Below are positions 10,038 to 18,857 of a DNA stretch of 44,729 nucleotides, piece by piece. The stretch is from Gemmatimonadota bacterium (lineage in GTDB: Bacteria > 4572-55 > J002). The notes below the pieces were generated by a model. It searched no databases and was not told the origin of the DNA. It saw nothing but the letters and a program-made list of their open reading frames with translations. Location: NCBI GenBank assembly GCA_003697105.1, contig RFFQ01000114.1, positions 1 to 44,729 of the forward strand. The letters are read 5' to 3'. Within the stretch, counting starts at the first letter, position 1, and every line of letters starts with the position of its first letter. Both the position numbers and the translations under genes were made by a program.

Positions 10038-10780
10038 CCCCGCAGACACCACCTGTATTTTAGAAATTGGTAGATGAAATAAGTGTTTATCACCGCATAA
10101 CGCTTGAATTTCTTAGGGTCTTGAATTGAGCGATATAGCCATTCAAGACCATTTTTTGTCCACTTTGGTGCCGCTTTTTTCAATCCAGCAACGACCTCAA
10201 AACTGCCACCAACCCCCAGACAAACCGGTACCTGTAATCTGTTGAGATGCCGGTATATCCACAATTCTTGTTTGGGGGAGCCAAGAGCAACAAATAGGAT
10301 ATCCGGTTGTGTCGCGTTAATCTCTTGAATAATCCGGGGAGTTTCCGCCACTGTAAAGTAGCCATCATGCCACCCAGTGGCGTTTAGGTGCGGATAATCC
10401 TGCCGGCAACGCTTCTGCAACTTCTGAAGTACTGCCGGTGTACTCCCTAAAAAATAAAACCGGTAGTCCTGTTGATGACTACCGGCGAGCAATGCTTCCA
10501 TTAGGGTAATTCCGCCTAAATCCTTTTCTTTTAAAGGCTGACCTAACCATTTACAGCCAAAATAAACCGCATTTTCCGGGATAATCCCGCCCGAATGATG
10601 AATCGCTTCCGCAAGTTCGGGAAGGCGATCCATCAAATACATTTTGTTGGCATTGAGTACCGAAATTTGGGTAGGTTTTCTCTGCCGGACCCATCGATCA
10701 ACTTGATCCAGCCATTCGGCTAACGTCAAATCATCTAGCGGGTAGTGTAAAAATTGGCGGCGGTACTCAAGATTAAGCAT
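10034..10780 (-). CDS. wecG: WecG/TagA/CpsF family glycosyltransferase (GT26)
   Basis: FYFLGS, GWHDGYF, PDILFVALGSPKQE, LGVGGSFEV and GLEWLYR motifs. Confidence 0.85.
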   Translation of the reverse strand: MLNLEYRRQFLHYPLDDLTLAEWLDQVDRWVRQRKPTQISVLNANKMYLMDRLPELAEAIHHSGGIIPENAVYFGCKWLGQPLKEKDLGGITLMEALLAGSHQQDYRFYFLGSTPAVLQKLQKRCRQDYPHLNATGWHDGYFTVAETPRIIQEINATQPDILFVALGSPKQELWIYRHLNRLQVPVCLGVGGSFEVVAGLKKAAPKWTKNGLEWLYRSIQDPKKFKRYAVINTYFIYQFLKYRWCLRG

Positions 10781-11870
10781 GATACACGTGATTAATGACC
10801 TTCACAATGCGTTCGGCGGTATGTCCATCCCACAAGGGTGGTATTTGACCTGTTTTGGTGTTCCCTGCTAAAATTTCCTGTACGGCGGCGACAATCGCTC
10901 CCGTCTCCAGCGGAATCAATTGGTTCGTACCCAATGTGATCGTTACCGGACGCTCTGTATTCTCCCGTAAGGTTAAGCAGGGGATGCTCAACGCGGTGGT
11001 TTCCTCCTGAATTCCCCCGGAATCTGTTATGACCACCATCGCGTGTTGCATCGCATTCAGAAAATCCAGATAACCTAACGGCGGTAATAAGCGGAAGTTG
11101 GTAAGGGATTCAATTTGGTTCTGAAACCCAAAATCAATAAGCCGTTGCCGGGTACGAGGATGTACCGGAAAAATTACGGGTAACTGGGGGTCTAATTCCG
11201 AAAACGCGCTCAAGATGGTTTGAAGTGCCGCTTTATCATCCACGTTACTGGGGCGGTGCAGCGTGACGAGAGCATATTCCCAAGGGGAAAGCCCCAGATC
11301 GGTTAAAATCGAGGATTGTCGCGCTTTTTCTTGGTAAAACCGTAAAGAATCGATCATCACATTGCCCACAAAATGGACCTTTTCCGCTGCAATACCTTCT
11401 TGTTTTAGATGATCGAGGCCGCTTTGTTCCGTGACGAACAGTATATCCGAGAGTGCATCCGTGACAATCCGGTTGATTTCCTCCGGCATCCGGCGATCCC
11501 CACTGCGTAGCCCCGCCTCTACATGAATTACCGGTACATGGAGTTTTGTCGCGGTCAACGCACAAGCCACCGTTGAATTAACATCGCCAACGACCAGAAC
11601 GGCATCCGGTTGGTATTGCAGCAAAATATCTTCAAACGCGACCATAATCGCGGCGGTCTGTTTGGCGTGAGACCCCGAACCCACCCCCAAATATACCTCC
11701 GGTTGGGGGAGTTCGAGATCATCAAAAAAAATCTTGGACATCTTTTCATCATAATGCTGCCCAGTATGGACGAGTACCGGCTCTAGCTGGGGATACTGTC
11801 CCATCGCCCGCTGAATCGGGGCAACCTTCATAAAATTCGGGCGTGCCCCCACAACGTTCATAATTCTCAT
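10773..11870 (-). CDS. wecB: Non-hydrolysing UDP-N-acetylhexosamine 2-epimerase (WecB/WbpI family)
   Basis: VVGARPNFMK, VHTGQHYD, HVEAGLRS, MPEEINR, TDSGGIQEE and LRENTERP. I prefer the ATG at 11870 to the TTG at 11882. Confidence 0.9.
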   Translation of the reverse strand: MRIMNVVGARPNFMKVAPIQRAMGQYPQLEPVLVHTGQHYDEKMSKIFFDDLELPQPEVYLGVGSGSHAKQTAAIMVAFEDILLQYQPDAVLVVGDVNSTVACALTATKLHVPVIHVEAGLRSGDRRMPEEINRIVTDALSDILFVTEQSGLDHLKQEGIAAEKVHFVGNVMIDSLRFYQEKARQSSILTDLGLSPWEYALVTLHRPSNVDDKAALQTILSAFSELDPQLPVIFPVHPRTRQRLIDFGFQNQIESLTNFRLLPPLGYLDFLNAMQHAMVVITDSGGIQEETTALSIPCLTLRENTERPVTITLGTNQLIPLETGAIVAAVQEILAGNTKTGQIPPLWDGHTAERIVKVINHVYHA

Positions 11871-11899
11871 AATACGGTTCAACTTTCGACTATAAAAAT

Positions 11900-13198
11900 T
11901 TAGAGGAGTATCACATTGTCGCTACTGATCATCTTTTGGGTCGCATTACGGGTATCCAGAATAACGGTTGACTTTTCCATGATATACTCGTAGTCAAAAC
12001 AACTATGATTGGTGGTGATGACCACACAATCTGCGGATTCTAGCACCGGATCGGTTAATTCCACTTGTGCCATGCGTAAGCCGTGATCATCAAATTGGGG
12101 TAAATAGGGGTCATGATACAAGACATTTGCTCCCAATTCTTGCAAAAATTTGATGATTGGAATGGCTGGTGACTCTCGAATATCAGCCACATCTTTTTTG
12201 TAGGCAACACCTAACAACAAAATGGTTGATCCTTTAATGGACTTCGCGCGATCATTCAAAATGCGCCCAATTTTTTCCACCACATAGCGGGGCATAGAAT
12301 CATTCACTTCGCCCGCCAGCTCAATAAAGCGGGTGTATAAGCCATATTCTTTTGCTTTCCATGAAAGATAAAATGGATCCAGCGGGATACAGTGCCCGCC
12401 TAAACCCGGACCCGGATAAAACGGCATATAGCCAAATGGCTTGGTGGAAGCAGCGCTGATGACTTCCCAAACACTGATTTTCATCTCGTTGCACAATTGA
12501 GTCAACTCATTAACCAGTGCAATATTGACATTACGGAAGGTGTTCTCAAAAACTTTGCACATTTCCGCTACTTTGGGGGATGTTACCGGAAATACATTTT
12601 GTACCGAATTTGTGTAAAACACCACGGCTAATTCCGTACATTTGGGAGTCACGCCACCGATGACTTTCGGAATATTTTCGGTTTTATGCGTTTTATTGCC
12701 CGGGTCAACTCGTTCCGGTGAAAACACCAGAAAAATATCTTCGCCGATCTTCAGTCCGGATTTTTCAAGCTCGGGCTTGAGCAACTCTTCGGTAGTGCCC
12801 GGATACGTTGTGCTTTCCAAGATAATCAATTGATCCGGTTTTAGGTGTTGGGTGGTATCGCGCACCGCACTTTCGATATAACGCATTTCCGGAGTTTTGT
12901 TTGCCGTGAGGGGTGTCGGAACACAAATAATGATAACATCGCATTTCCGAATCACGGAAAAGTCGGTTGTGGCGGAAATCATACCGTTTTCAATAAAGGG
13001 GGAAAGTTCCTCGGAAGAAACATCATTAATATAACTTTTACCACGGTTAATTTCTTCAACTCGCTCCTGCCACGGGTCAATCCCGATTACGGTATAGCCT
13101 GCTTTTGCTTTTGTTACCGCTAGGGGTAAGCCCACGTATCCCAAGCCGAGTACCGCCACCACCGCGGACCGGTCTTTAAGTTTATCATAGAGTGCCAT
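11900..13198 (-). CDS. wbpA: UDP-N-acetyl-D-glucosamine 6-dehydrogenase (WbpA-like)
   Basis: GLGYVGLP, ICVPTP, LESTTYPGTT, FSPERVDPGN, ENTFRNVNIAL, catalytic GGHCIPLDP and GVAYKKDVADIRESP. Confidence 0.9.
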   Translation of the reverse strand: MALYDKLKDRSAVVAVLGLGYVGLPLAVTKAKAGYTVIGIDPWQERVEEINRGKSYINDVSSEELSPFIENGMISATTDFSVIRKCDVIIICVPTPLTANKTPEMRYIESAVRDTTQHLKPDQLIILESTTYPGTTEELLKPELEKSGLKIGEDIFLVFSPERVDPGNKTHKTENIPKVIGGVTPKCTELAVVFYTNSVQNVFPVTSPKVAEMCKVFENTFRNVNIALVNELTQLCNEMKISVWEVISAASTKPFGYMPFYPGPGLGGHCIPLDPFYLSWKAKEYGLYTRFIELAGEVNDSMPRYVVEKIGRILNDRAKSIKGSTILLLGVAYKKDVADIRESPAIPIIKFLQELGANVLYHDPYLPQFDDHGLRMAQVELTDPVLESADCVVITTNHSCFDYEYIMEKSTVILDTRNATQKMISSDNVILL

Positions 13199-13209
13199 AA
13201 ATCCATCCT

Positions 13210-14379
13210 CTAGGAAGTATTAAATGGGTTTAAGTAATATGCCAGTGCATAAAACATCCATGCCTGACTCCAACGAATATAAGGAATTTTATTTGTAAAC
13301 CATTTGGTTTTCTGAAAGTAAAAATACCCCCGCTGGGGGTCTTGCATTTGATCGACCGTCCATTCCAACAGATGTCGGCAAAAGCGTTCAACGTCGAAGT
13401 CACAATATTGTCGCAAGGTGATGAACGTCATGACTGCCTGCGCCGGACAATGCACGTCAATCGGATAAAGTTGGTTATGATAATATGTTGGGGTGTAATC
13501 GTCTAGGAAAAAATGTGTCCGGTAATAACGGAGTCCCTTTAAAAGTGCCGCTTCTCCCGAAAAATCTTGTGCGGCGCTCTGATACGCATGCAGGCACTCC
13601 AAATTATAACCGGTATGGAAGCTATCAATCCATTGTTGATAGGCTAACGGGCTGTAAAACCACGATCCGTCCGGATTTTGATGATCCAGACAAAATCGTA
13701 CTGCTTTTTGAGCGGTCTCGATCAATTCGGAGTCTTGCGTGTGGCAATAAACTCGGCTGAGTAGCCGCACTCCTAACAGCGAGGCATTGAAGACCTGCGA
13801 TTGATCCCGCGGTGAGTACGAAAAACAGAAGGAATCCTCTGTTCCGGTTCGATTCAGATCACGTAAGATAAATTCGCAAGCTCTCCGTGCCAGCGTCAAA
13901 TAAGAGTCCTCACCTAAAATTTTATATGCCAGCAGAAACGCATCACCGACGAAGGATGTCACCACGATATTGGGGGTGTATTTTGGCTGATAAAATGCCC
14001 GTGCTTGCCAGTCAAAATTGTAGCCCCATCCGGCTCCGCACCACCCCATACTTTGACACCGGTGCAACTCGGCGATAAATCGTAGTGATAGTTGCCGGTA
14101 GGTCTCATCCTGAGTGGCTTGATAGCAGTTCAAACAACCGGATAAAAAGAGGGCTAATCCTTTAGGATTATCACCCGTTGGCACCCCCAAAAGGGGTCTT
14201 AAGTTGATCGGGCTTCGCTTCAAAAGTTGAATCCAAGCGAGCCGAATTATCCGGCTGTGGCGAAAGGGGGTCGCCTGAAAAAGCCGGCTGTTTAAGCCAT
14301 CATAGCAATCCCAGCCCTTAAAATCGACCGTGATTAGGTATTGAAAAAGCCGCTCAAATGCCGTTTGGAGTTTGTTCAC
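13210..14379 (-). CDS. Uncharacterised alpha/alpha-barrel protein with QW (prenyltransferase/terpene-cyclase-type) motif; barrel C
   Basis: Mostly helical with HQNPDGSWFY and MQDPQRGYFYF. It is a clear paralogue of 18814..20025 (shared WIDxFHTGYNLxCL, FCFxYxP, PIDxxCxxQA). Confidence 0.6.
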   Translation of the reverse strand: MNKLQTAFERLFQYLITVDFKGWDCYDGLNSRLFQATPFRHSRIIRLAWIQLLKRSPINLRPLLGVPTGDNPKGLALFLSGCLNCYQATQDETYRQLSLRFIAELHRCQSMGWCGAGWGYNFDWQARAFYQPKYTPNIVVTSFVGDAFLLAYKILGEDSYLTLARRACEFILRDLNRTGTEDSFCFSYSPRDQSQVFNASLLGVRLLSRVYCHTQDSELIETAQKAVRFCLDHQNPDGSWFYSPLAYQQWIDSFHTGYNLECLHAYQSAAQDFSGEAALLKGLRYYRTHFFLDDYTPTYYHNQLYPIDVHCPAQAVMTFITLRQYCDFDVERFCRHLLEWTVDQMQDPQRGYFYFQKTKWFTNKIPYIRWSQAWMFYALAYYLNPFNTS

Positions 14380-15464
14380 GGTATCCCTCTCAATTCGGTG
14401 AAGTGGCTAAAATCAGTCCGACCCGACCAGACATATAATAACCAGCCTAAATGATACGAACAGCACTCTGGATGAATGACCCGTTGGGAGGGTGATACAA
14501 GCACATCTTCCGTGCCGCGTATGGTGTGACCCAAGGCACGCACCAATCGCACCGGACGTTGCCACCGCGCTTGTCGCCGGAGTGACCGGTGAATGAAAAA
14601 GGGTTGGGTTTGGATCATCGGGTAGCCCTTAAACCAGTCAAGACTCTTCTGAATTGCCGCTTCTGCACCGGATACGTTCCAATCCTGTGCCGGCAATAGA
14701 AAAAGCAACGCCATCGCATCCTGATGAACACTGTAGATCGGATACCAATCCATGACTTTTGCGGTATAGGCATTGAAGAACCATGCCCATTCCCCCCCAA
14801 CCCCTTGCCGGGCAATCACCCGGTGCATTGCCTGACAACATACGGATCGCACCGGATCATCATCAAATTGGCACGCAAAATGGGCTAATGCGGCTAAAAA
14901 ATAGGCAATTCCGCCAAAGGAAATAAATCCCCCCCGAAATCCCCGGTGATGAAACGGAAAGAACGTTTGTGGATGCATAAACTGGGTAATCAACATCTCG
15001 ATGAGTTCCCGTGCACGTTGATATACCAGCGCCTTACCGGTTTTGACCGCATACGTTGTTGTCCCCCAAGCCGCCCAACTAAGGTCTTGGATGGTGTATT
15101 TCCAGTTGTGCTCTTGATTTCCGAGCCGTTGGAAAAGCCAATCAAACAGGACTGCCGCCTGATCATGTTCTGCTGTTGCTAGTATATGCAGTAACAAACC
15201 TCGATTTGCCACATTTTGATCTCGTTCCAGATGCCGTGCCAAATAGGCTTCGATCAATGTGGATATATCCCACGGGAGTGAATCCCGTGCCGCTACCTGC
15301 TGCAAACCGGCAAGTACATTGATGGTATAGCGATATACCTTCGGATACTGAACCGTGTGTTGGTACTGGTCGCCAACCAACCGGGTTGAGGAGGCAAACA
15401 GATATGTCTGATCATCAAACATGTGGGTTAATAACTCCAACGATTTTTGAATCAGAGGCTTCAT
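14376..15464 (-). CDS. Uncharacterised divergent alpha/alpha-barrel protein; barrel B
   Basis: 362 aa ORF translationally coupled to the next gene (4-bp overlap). It is helical, with the QW-like RQGVGGEWAW plus YPIYSVHQDAM and ECCSYHLGWLLY. Confidence 0.5.
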   Translation of the reverse strand: MKPLIQKSLELLTHMFDDQTYLFASSTRLVGDQYQHTVQYPKVYRYTINVLAGLQQVAARDSLPWDISTLIEAYLARHLERDQNVANRGLLLHILATAEHDQAAVLFDWLFQRLGNQEHNWKYTIQDLSWAAWGTTTYAVKTGKALVYQRARELIEMLITQFMHPQTFFPFHHRGFRGGFISFGGIAYFLAALAHFACQFDDDPVRSVCCQAMHRVIARQGVGGEWAWFFNAYTAKVMDWYPIYSVHQDAMALLFLLPAQDWNVSGAEAAIQKSLDWFKGYPMIQTQPFFIHRSLRRQARWQRPVRLVRALGHTIRGTEDVLVSPSQRVIHPECCSYHLGWLLYVWSGRTDFSHFTELRGIP

Positions 15465-15576
15465 CGGGGGGGACTTTTCGAGGATAGGGTGATATGTAGA
15501 TGAAGAATATGTACCGGCTCTTGAGTACTAGCCGCCGGTAATTCCCCTAAAATAACGTATGTTACACCAATACCTT

Positions 15577-15593
15577 TGCCAAAACGTTGCCAA
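15577..15593 (-). promoter_or_regulatory. Possible sigma54 (-24/-12) promoter
   Basis: The minus strand reads TTGGCAACGTTTTGGCA, with exact GG-N10-GC spacing. It lies in the only large gap (176 bp) of the minus operon. The -12 element is TGGC rather than TTGC. Confidence 0.3.
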
Positions 15594-15640
15594 CGCTTTG
15601 AAATCAATGAGGTAAATCCGTAAAAGCGCGGATACTTATT

Positions 15641-16510
15641 TTACACGGTGTAAATCGTGATCCCTTTTTGGGCATTTTGAATCATGTGATGAAACAACCT
15701 TGCCGCATCTGCCCGAAAAAATGCCATTCCATACCGCTCTATATCCTGACAAATCGTATCGGGAACATGCAATGCCATGTAACGCCGCACGTTGTGATTC
15801 ATTTTGTGCATATTGTGGGCATAGGTTTCTACCCAATGGTCTTGACCCGCCGCATCGATACACTTCACCCGAAACCGGCGTTCATGGTAGGGTTGTACCG
15901 GAAAGTCTGCTTTAAGGGCATCATCGACCGTGTGGACAAATGCCAATCGATTTGTGGAAACACCTACACCAATGATCCGTGCCTGATACGTTACCAACTG
16001 GTAGTACGGACTACATCGATCATACGGGTAGGGTGAATGATGGTGGGTGGCGGTGAGGGCTTCCGCGAGGGGTCCCAGCGCACAAACTGATTTTGCCGGG
16101 TGCAAACTGCGCTTTGCGCCGCGTTGTCGCCGGGCAAATTCAGTCAAAATACCGCTGTACGAGGGGCTTTTCCGGACATCAAACACCGGTTGGGTCAACA
16201 AATGTTTGTAGGAGTCCAATTCCGGGTACGTGGGGAATACAAGCGTGCCTTCTACCCCGACGGCTTCCCGCAACAGTACCAACATGTGGAAAAATGGGAA
16301 ATCCAGATGTAGATGATCCACGGAACTGTGAACAAACAGCACTTCACCCGGTTGTACCTGTAAATCATCCTGTAAAATCTGCCGAAACCGGCTTTTGTTG
16401 AGTGGTGGCAACGCCTTGACCCGTCGTTGTAATTGCCGGTATCGTATCTGTTTTAAGCGGAGTTGCCACCCGCGTGGCAAAACTTCCTTGACGACTTCTG
16501 TAACTCTCAC
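15641..16510 (-). CDS. AAC(3)/YokD (Antibiotic_NAT) family N-acyltransferase
   Basis: LFVHSS, GTLVFPTY, SGILTEFAR, RSLHPAKSVCALG, SPY and FVHTVD motifs. A GTG at 16510 overlaps the upstream TGA (GTGA); the track start at 16561 is probably too long. Confidence 0.8.
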   Translation of the reverse strand: MRVTEVVKEVLPRGWQLRLKQIRYRQLQRRVKALPPLNKSRFRQILQDDLQVQPGEVLFVHSSVDHLHLDFPFFHMLVLLREAVGVEGTLVFPTYPELDSYKHLLTQPVFDVRKSPSYSGILTEFARRQRGAKRSLHPAKSVCALGPLAEALTATHHHSPYPYDRCSPYYQLVTYQARIIGVGVSTNRLAFVHTVDDALKADFPVQPYHERRFRVKCIDAAGQDHWVETYAHNMHKMNHNVRRYMALHVPDTICQDIERYGMAFFRADAARLFHHMIQNAQKGITIYTV

Positions 16511-17856
16511 ACGTGCCTCGTCTTCTTGAAATGGCGGTATTCGGGTTCTGTATCGATCCATTTAATTTTGACCGGAACGTGATGTGGCGGTAAATGTTCC
16601 CGGCAGTGCCGCTTGATGTGCCGGATAAACGCAGGCGGGTCGAGAGGGCGTGCCGCTTGGATGGCGGCACAAACCACGTTCCCCAGTAGTGGATTTTTCT
16701 CCCCGTAAACCGTCACCTCATGCACGCCGTCAATCTCCTGAATCACACGTTCCACCGCCGCCGGATAGACCTTTTCCCCACCCACATTGATGACCTCCGA
16801 GTTTCGTCCTAAAATTTTGAGGTAATCTCCGTGTACTTCAACCCGGTCTCCGGTGATAAACCAGCCATCTGCGGTAAAGGGACTTGGTGCGTTAAGATAG
16901 CCCAACATCGAAGACACCGCCTTAATTTGCAAGATGCCGTTCACCACACGCGTCTGGAACTCTGCCCCGCCCAATTTAACCCAGAGCGAATCTGACCGCT
17001 CCGATTTGGAGCGCAACGTACCGGTTTCGGTAGTACCGTATTTTTGGAGTAGTGTCACGTGCGGAAACCGTGCCGCACACCGTTTTAGGGTACTTTCCGG
17101 CATGACCTCCGCCCCATAGGTGATGTACTTCAAGGATGATAAATCATGGTGTTCATCTGCCCGGCTGAGAAGCAACAGGTTCAAAAAGGTGGGGGAAACC
17201 GGTAATACCTCCACCTGATGCCGCTCAATTGCCCGGCAGATGGTCTGGGGTGACCGGTCTGGTATAGTGACCAGACAACTGCCGTTAGAAAGGGCATAAA
17301 ACAGTGTATCCATCCCGCCAATATGGTCTAGCGGCATAAACGCCAACGTTCGCAGATTGTACCGGCGGGCCCGGTATTTTTCCAGTAAAGTGGTGGCATC
17401 ATGCACCACCGCTTTGCGTTCTCCTGTTGTGCCGGAGGAAAACAGCACCACGCCCGGATGTTGGCGTTTCCACAACTGCCGGTAGAGTGGGTGATCCGGG
17501 CGGTACGGTAGCGGTTGGTAGTGCATGTGATCCGCGCCATCAATCTGAATCCCATATTCCACTTGTGCGGTACGAAACGTCTCGGCGCGTTGCCCGGCAG
17601 CGGGTTGACTCAACATGACTACGATGCACTGTTGAACCAGCAGTGCCAGCAGGGTTGCCACGGACTGCGGCGAAAGGTCTGCCTTCAACGCCACAACACT
17701 GCCGGCAGTTATGTTTCGGTTTTGCAAATCGTTTTGAACGGCGGAACGCCGGCTTAGTAGGTCTTGATACAAAAAGGCACGATCCTGCCAGATCAGCGCT
17801 TCTGCCGTGCTGGCGCCCCGAAAGCGGTTAAAGAGTATCTCAAGGATATCCGTCAC
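16507..17856 (-). CDS. AMP-binding (ANL superfamily) acyl-CoA/acyl-ACP ligase
   Basis: P-loop FSSGTTGERK, YGTTETG, WFITGD, GRNSEVINVGGEKVYP and a C-terminal FKK. Confidence 0.88.
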   Translation of the reverse strand: MTDILEILFNRFRGASTAEALIWQDRAFLYQDLLSRRSAVQNDLQNRNITAGSVVALKADLSPQSVATLLALLVQQCIVVMLSQPAAGQRAETFRTAQVEYGIQIDGADHMHYQPLPYRPDHPLYRQLWKRQHPGVVLFSSGTTGERKAVVHDATTLLEKYRARRYNLRTLAFMPLDHIGGMDTLFYALSNGSCLVTIPDRSPQTICRAIERHQVEVLPVSPTFLNLLLLSRADEHHDLSSLKYITYGAEVMPESTLKRCAARFPHVTLLQKYGTTETGTLRSKSERSDSLWVKLGGAEFQTRVVNGILQIKAVSSMLGYLNAPSPFTADGWFITGDRVEVHGDYLKILGRNSEVINVGGEKVYPAAVERVIQEIDGVHEVTVYGEKNPLLGNVVCAAIQAARPLDPPAFIRHIKRHCREHLPPHHVPVKIKWIDTEPEYRHFKKTRHV

Positions 17857-17859
17857 GAT

Positions 17860-18555
17860 TCAAACCCCTCCCAGATAGAGAATCTGCCCAGTGACAAAGT
17901 CACTTTCCGGACGGATGAAAAAATCGATCACATTGGAAATGTCCCGAAACTCACCGAACCGGTGAATCGCTTGTCGTGCCAGAAGTGCCTGAACTTTCGC
18001 CGGTGGTACGGCACGGATCAGGTCGGTTTGTACCGGTGTGGGACCGATAGCATTGACCGTGATTCCAAATTCGGCAAGTTCCCGTGCTAGGATTCCGGTC
18101 AGGGAGACGACCGCCGCTTTGGAAGCGGCATAAATCGCTTCTCCTTCTAATTTCAAGGGTGTGGCAACCGTCGCAAAATTGACAATCCGGCCATATTGAG
18201 TGCGTTTCATCAGTTTGGCGGCTTCCCGGCAACACAAAAATGTACCGGTGACGTTTGTGTTCAGGATGTGATTAACCGTTTTTACCGGTGTTAGCAACAG
18301 GTGATTCATGGTGGCTATACCCGCATTATTGATCAGGATATCCAATTTGCCGTAGGTCTGGCGAATGGTGGCAAACATCTGTTTCACCGCCATTTCATCG
18401 GTGATGTCCAATTCAAAATGTTGGTAATTCGGGTGGTTTTGGTCAACGGCAGAGCGGCTGCAACCGATTACGGTGAGATTTTGCGCCAGATAATATTCTG
18501 CCAGATACCGTCCGATGCCTTTACGTGTGCCGGTGATGAGCATCACCTGATTCAT
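17860..18555 (-). CDS. SDR oxidoreductase, FabG (3-oxoacyl-ACP reductase)-like
   Basis: TGTRKGIG, LINNAG, catalytic YAASK, GITVNAIGP and FVTGQILYLGG. Confidence 0.88.
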   Translation of the reverse strand: MNQVMLITGTRKGIGRYLAEYYLAQNLTVIGCSRSAVDQNHPNYQHFELDITDEMAVKQMFATIRQTYGKLDILINNAGIATMNHLLLTPVKTVNHILNTNVTGTFLCCREAAKLMKRTQYGRIVNFATVATPLKLEGEAIYAASKAAVVSLTGILARELAEFGITVNAIGPTPVQTDLIRAVPPAKVQALLARQAIHRFGEFRDISNVIDFFIRPESDFVTGQILYLGGV

Positions 18556-18857
18556 GCCGTCTCCTCGTCCAGAATGCGTGCAATATAATCCGCCAGCGCG
18601 CCGGTGGTTTCAAACGGATTGTGGCGTTGTGCCATTGCTCGCTCATCCGCGAGGGAAATTGCCCGCCCGAATGTATCCTCGGCGTACTGTTCCACCAATA
18701 TGATAAAATTCACCAAACCCATCGAATCCAAGTGTGCCTGACTCCCGCCAAATAGGGGTGTATGGGGTGATTTTGCCAAATGCTGGGAGGTTGGTAAGAG
18801 CGTATTGAATTCATCAATCGCCCGGTAAATGGTATGTAGGATGGTCTCCTGTGTCAT
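18552..18857 (-). CDS. Acyl carrier protein (101 aa)
   Basis: MTQETILHTI.. with the phosphopantetheine motif LDSMGLV. The ATG at 18857 follows GAAAGG. The gene overlaps barrel A by 44 nt and the SDR by 4 nt. Confidence 0.82.
   Translation of the reverse strand: MTQETILHTIYRAIDEFNTLLPTSQHLAKSPHTPLFGGSQAHLDSMGLVNFIILVEQYAEDTFGRAISLADERAMAQRHNPFETTGALADYIARILDEETA

Noticed and set aside
15641-16510. AAC(3) as an aminoglycoside resistance gene
   Set aside because: It is coupled to an AMP-ligase/SDR/ACP set inside a glycan operon with no mobile context, so a biosynthetic role is more likely.
16507-18857. NRPS/PKS secondary-metabolite cluster
   Set aside because: There is no condensation, ketosynthase or thioesterase domain, and the context is polysaccharide biosynthesis.
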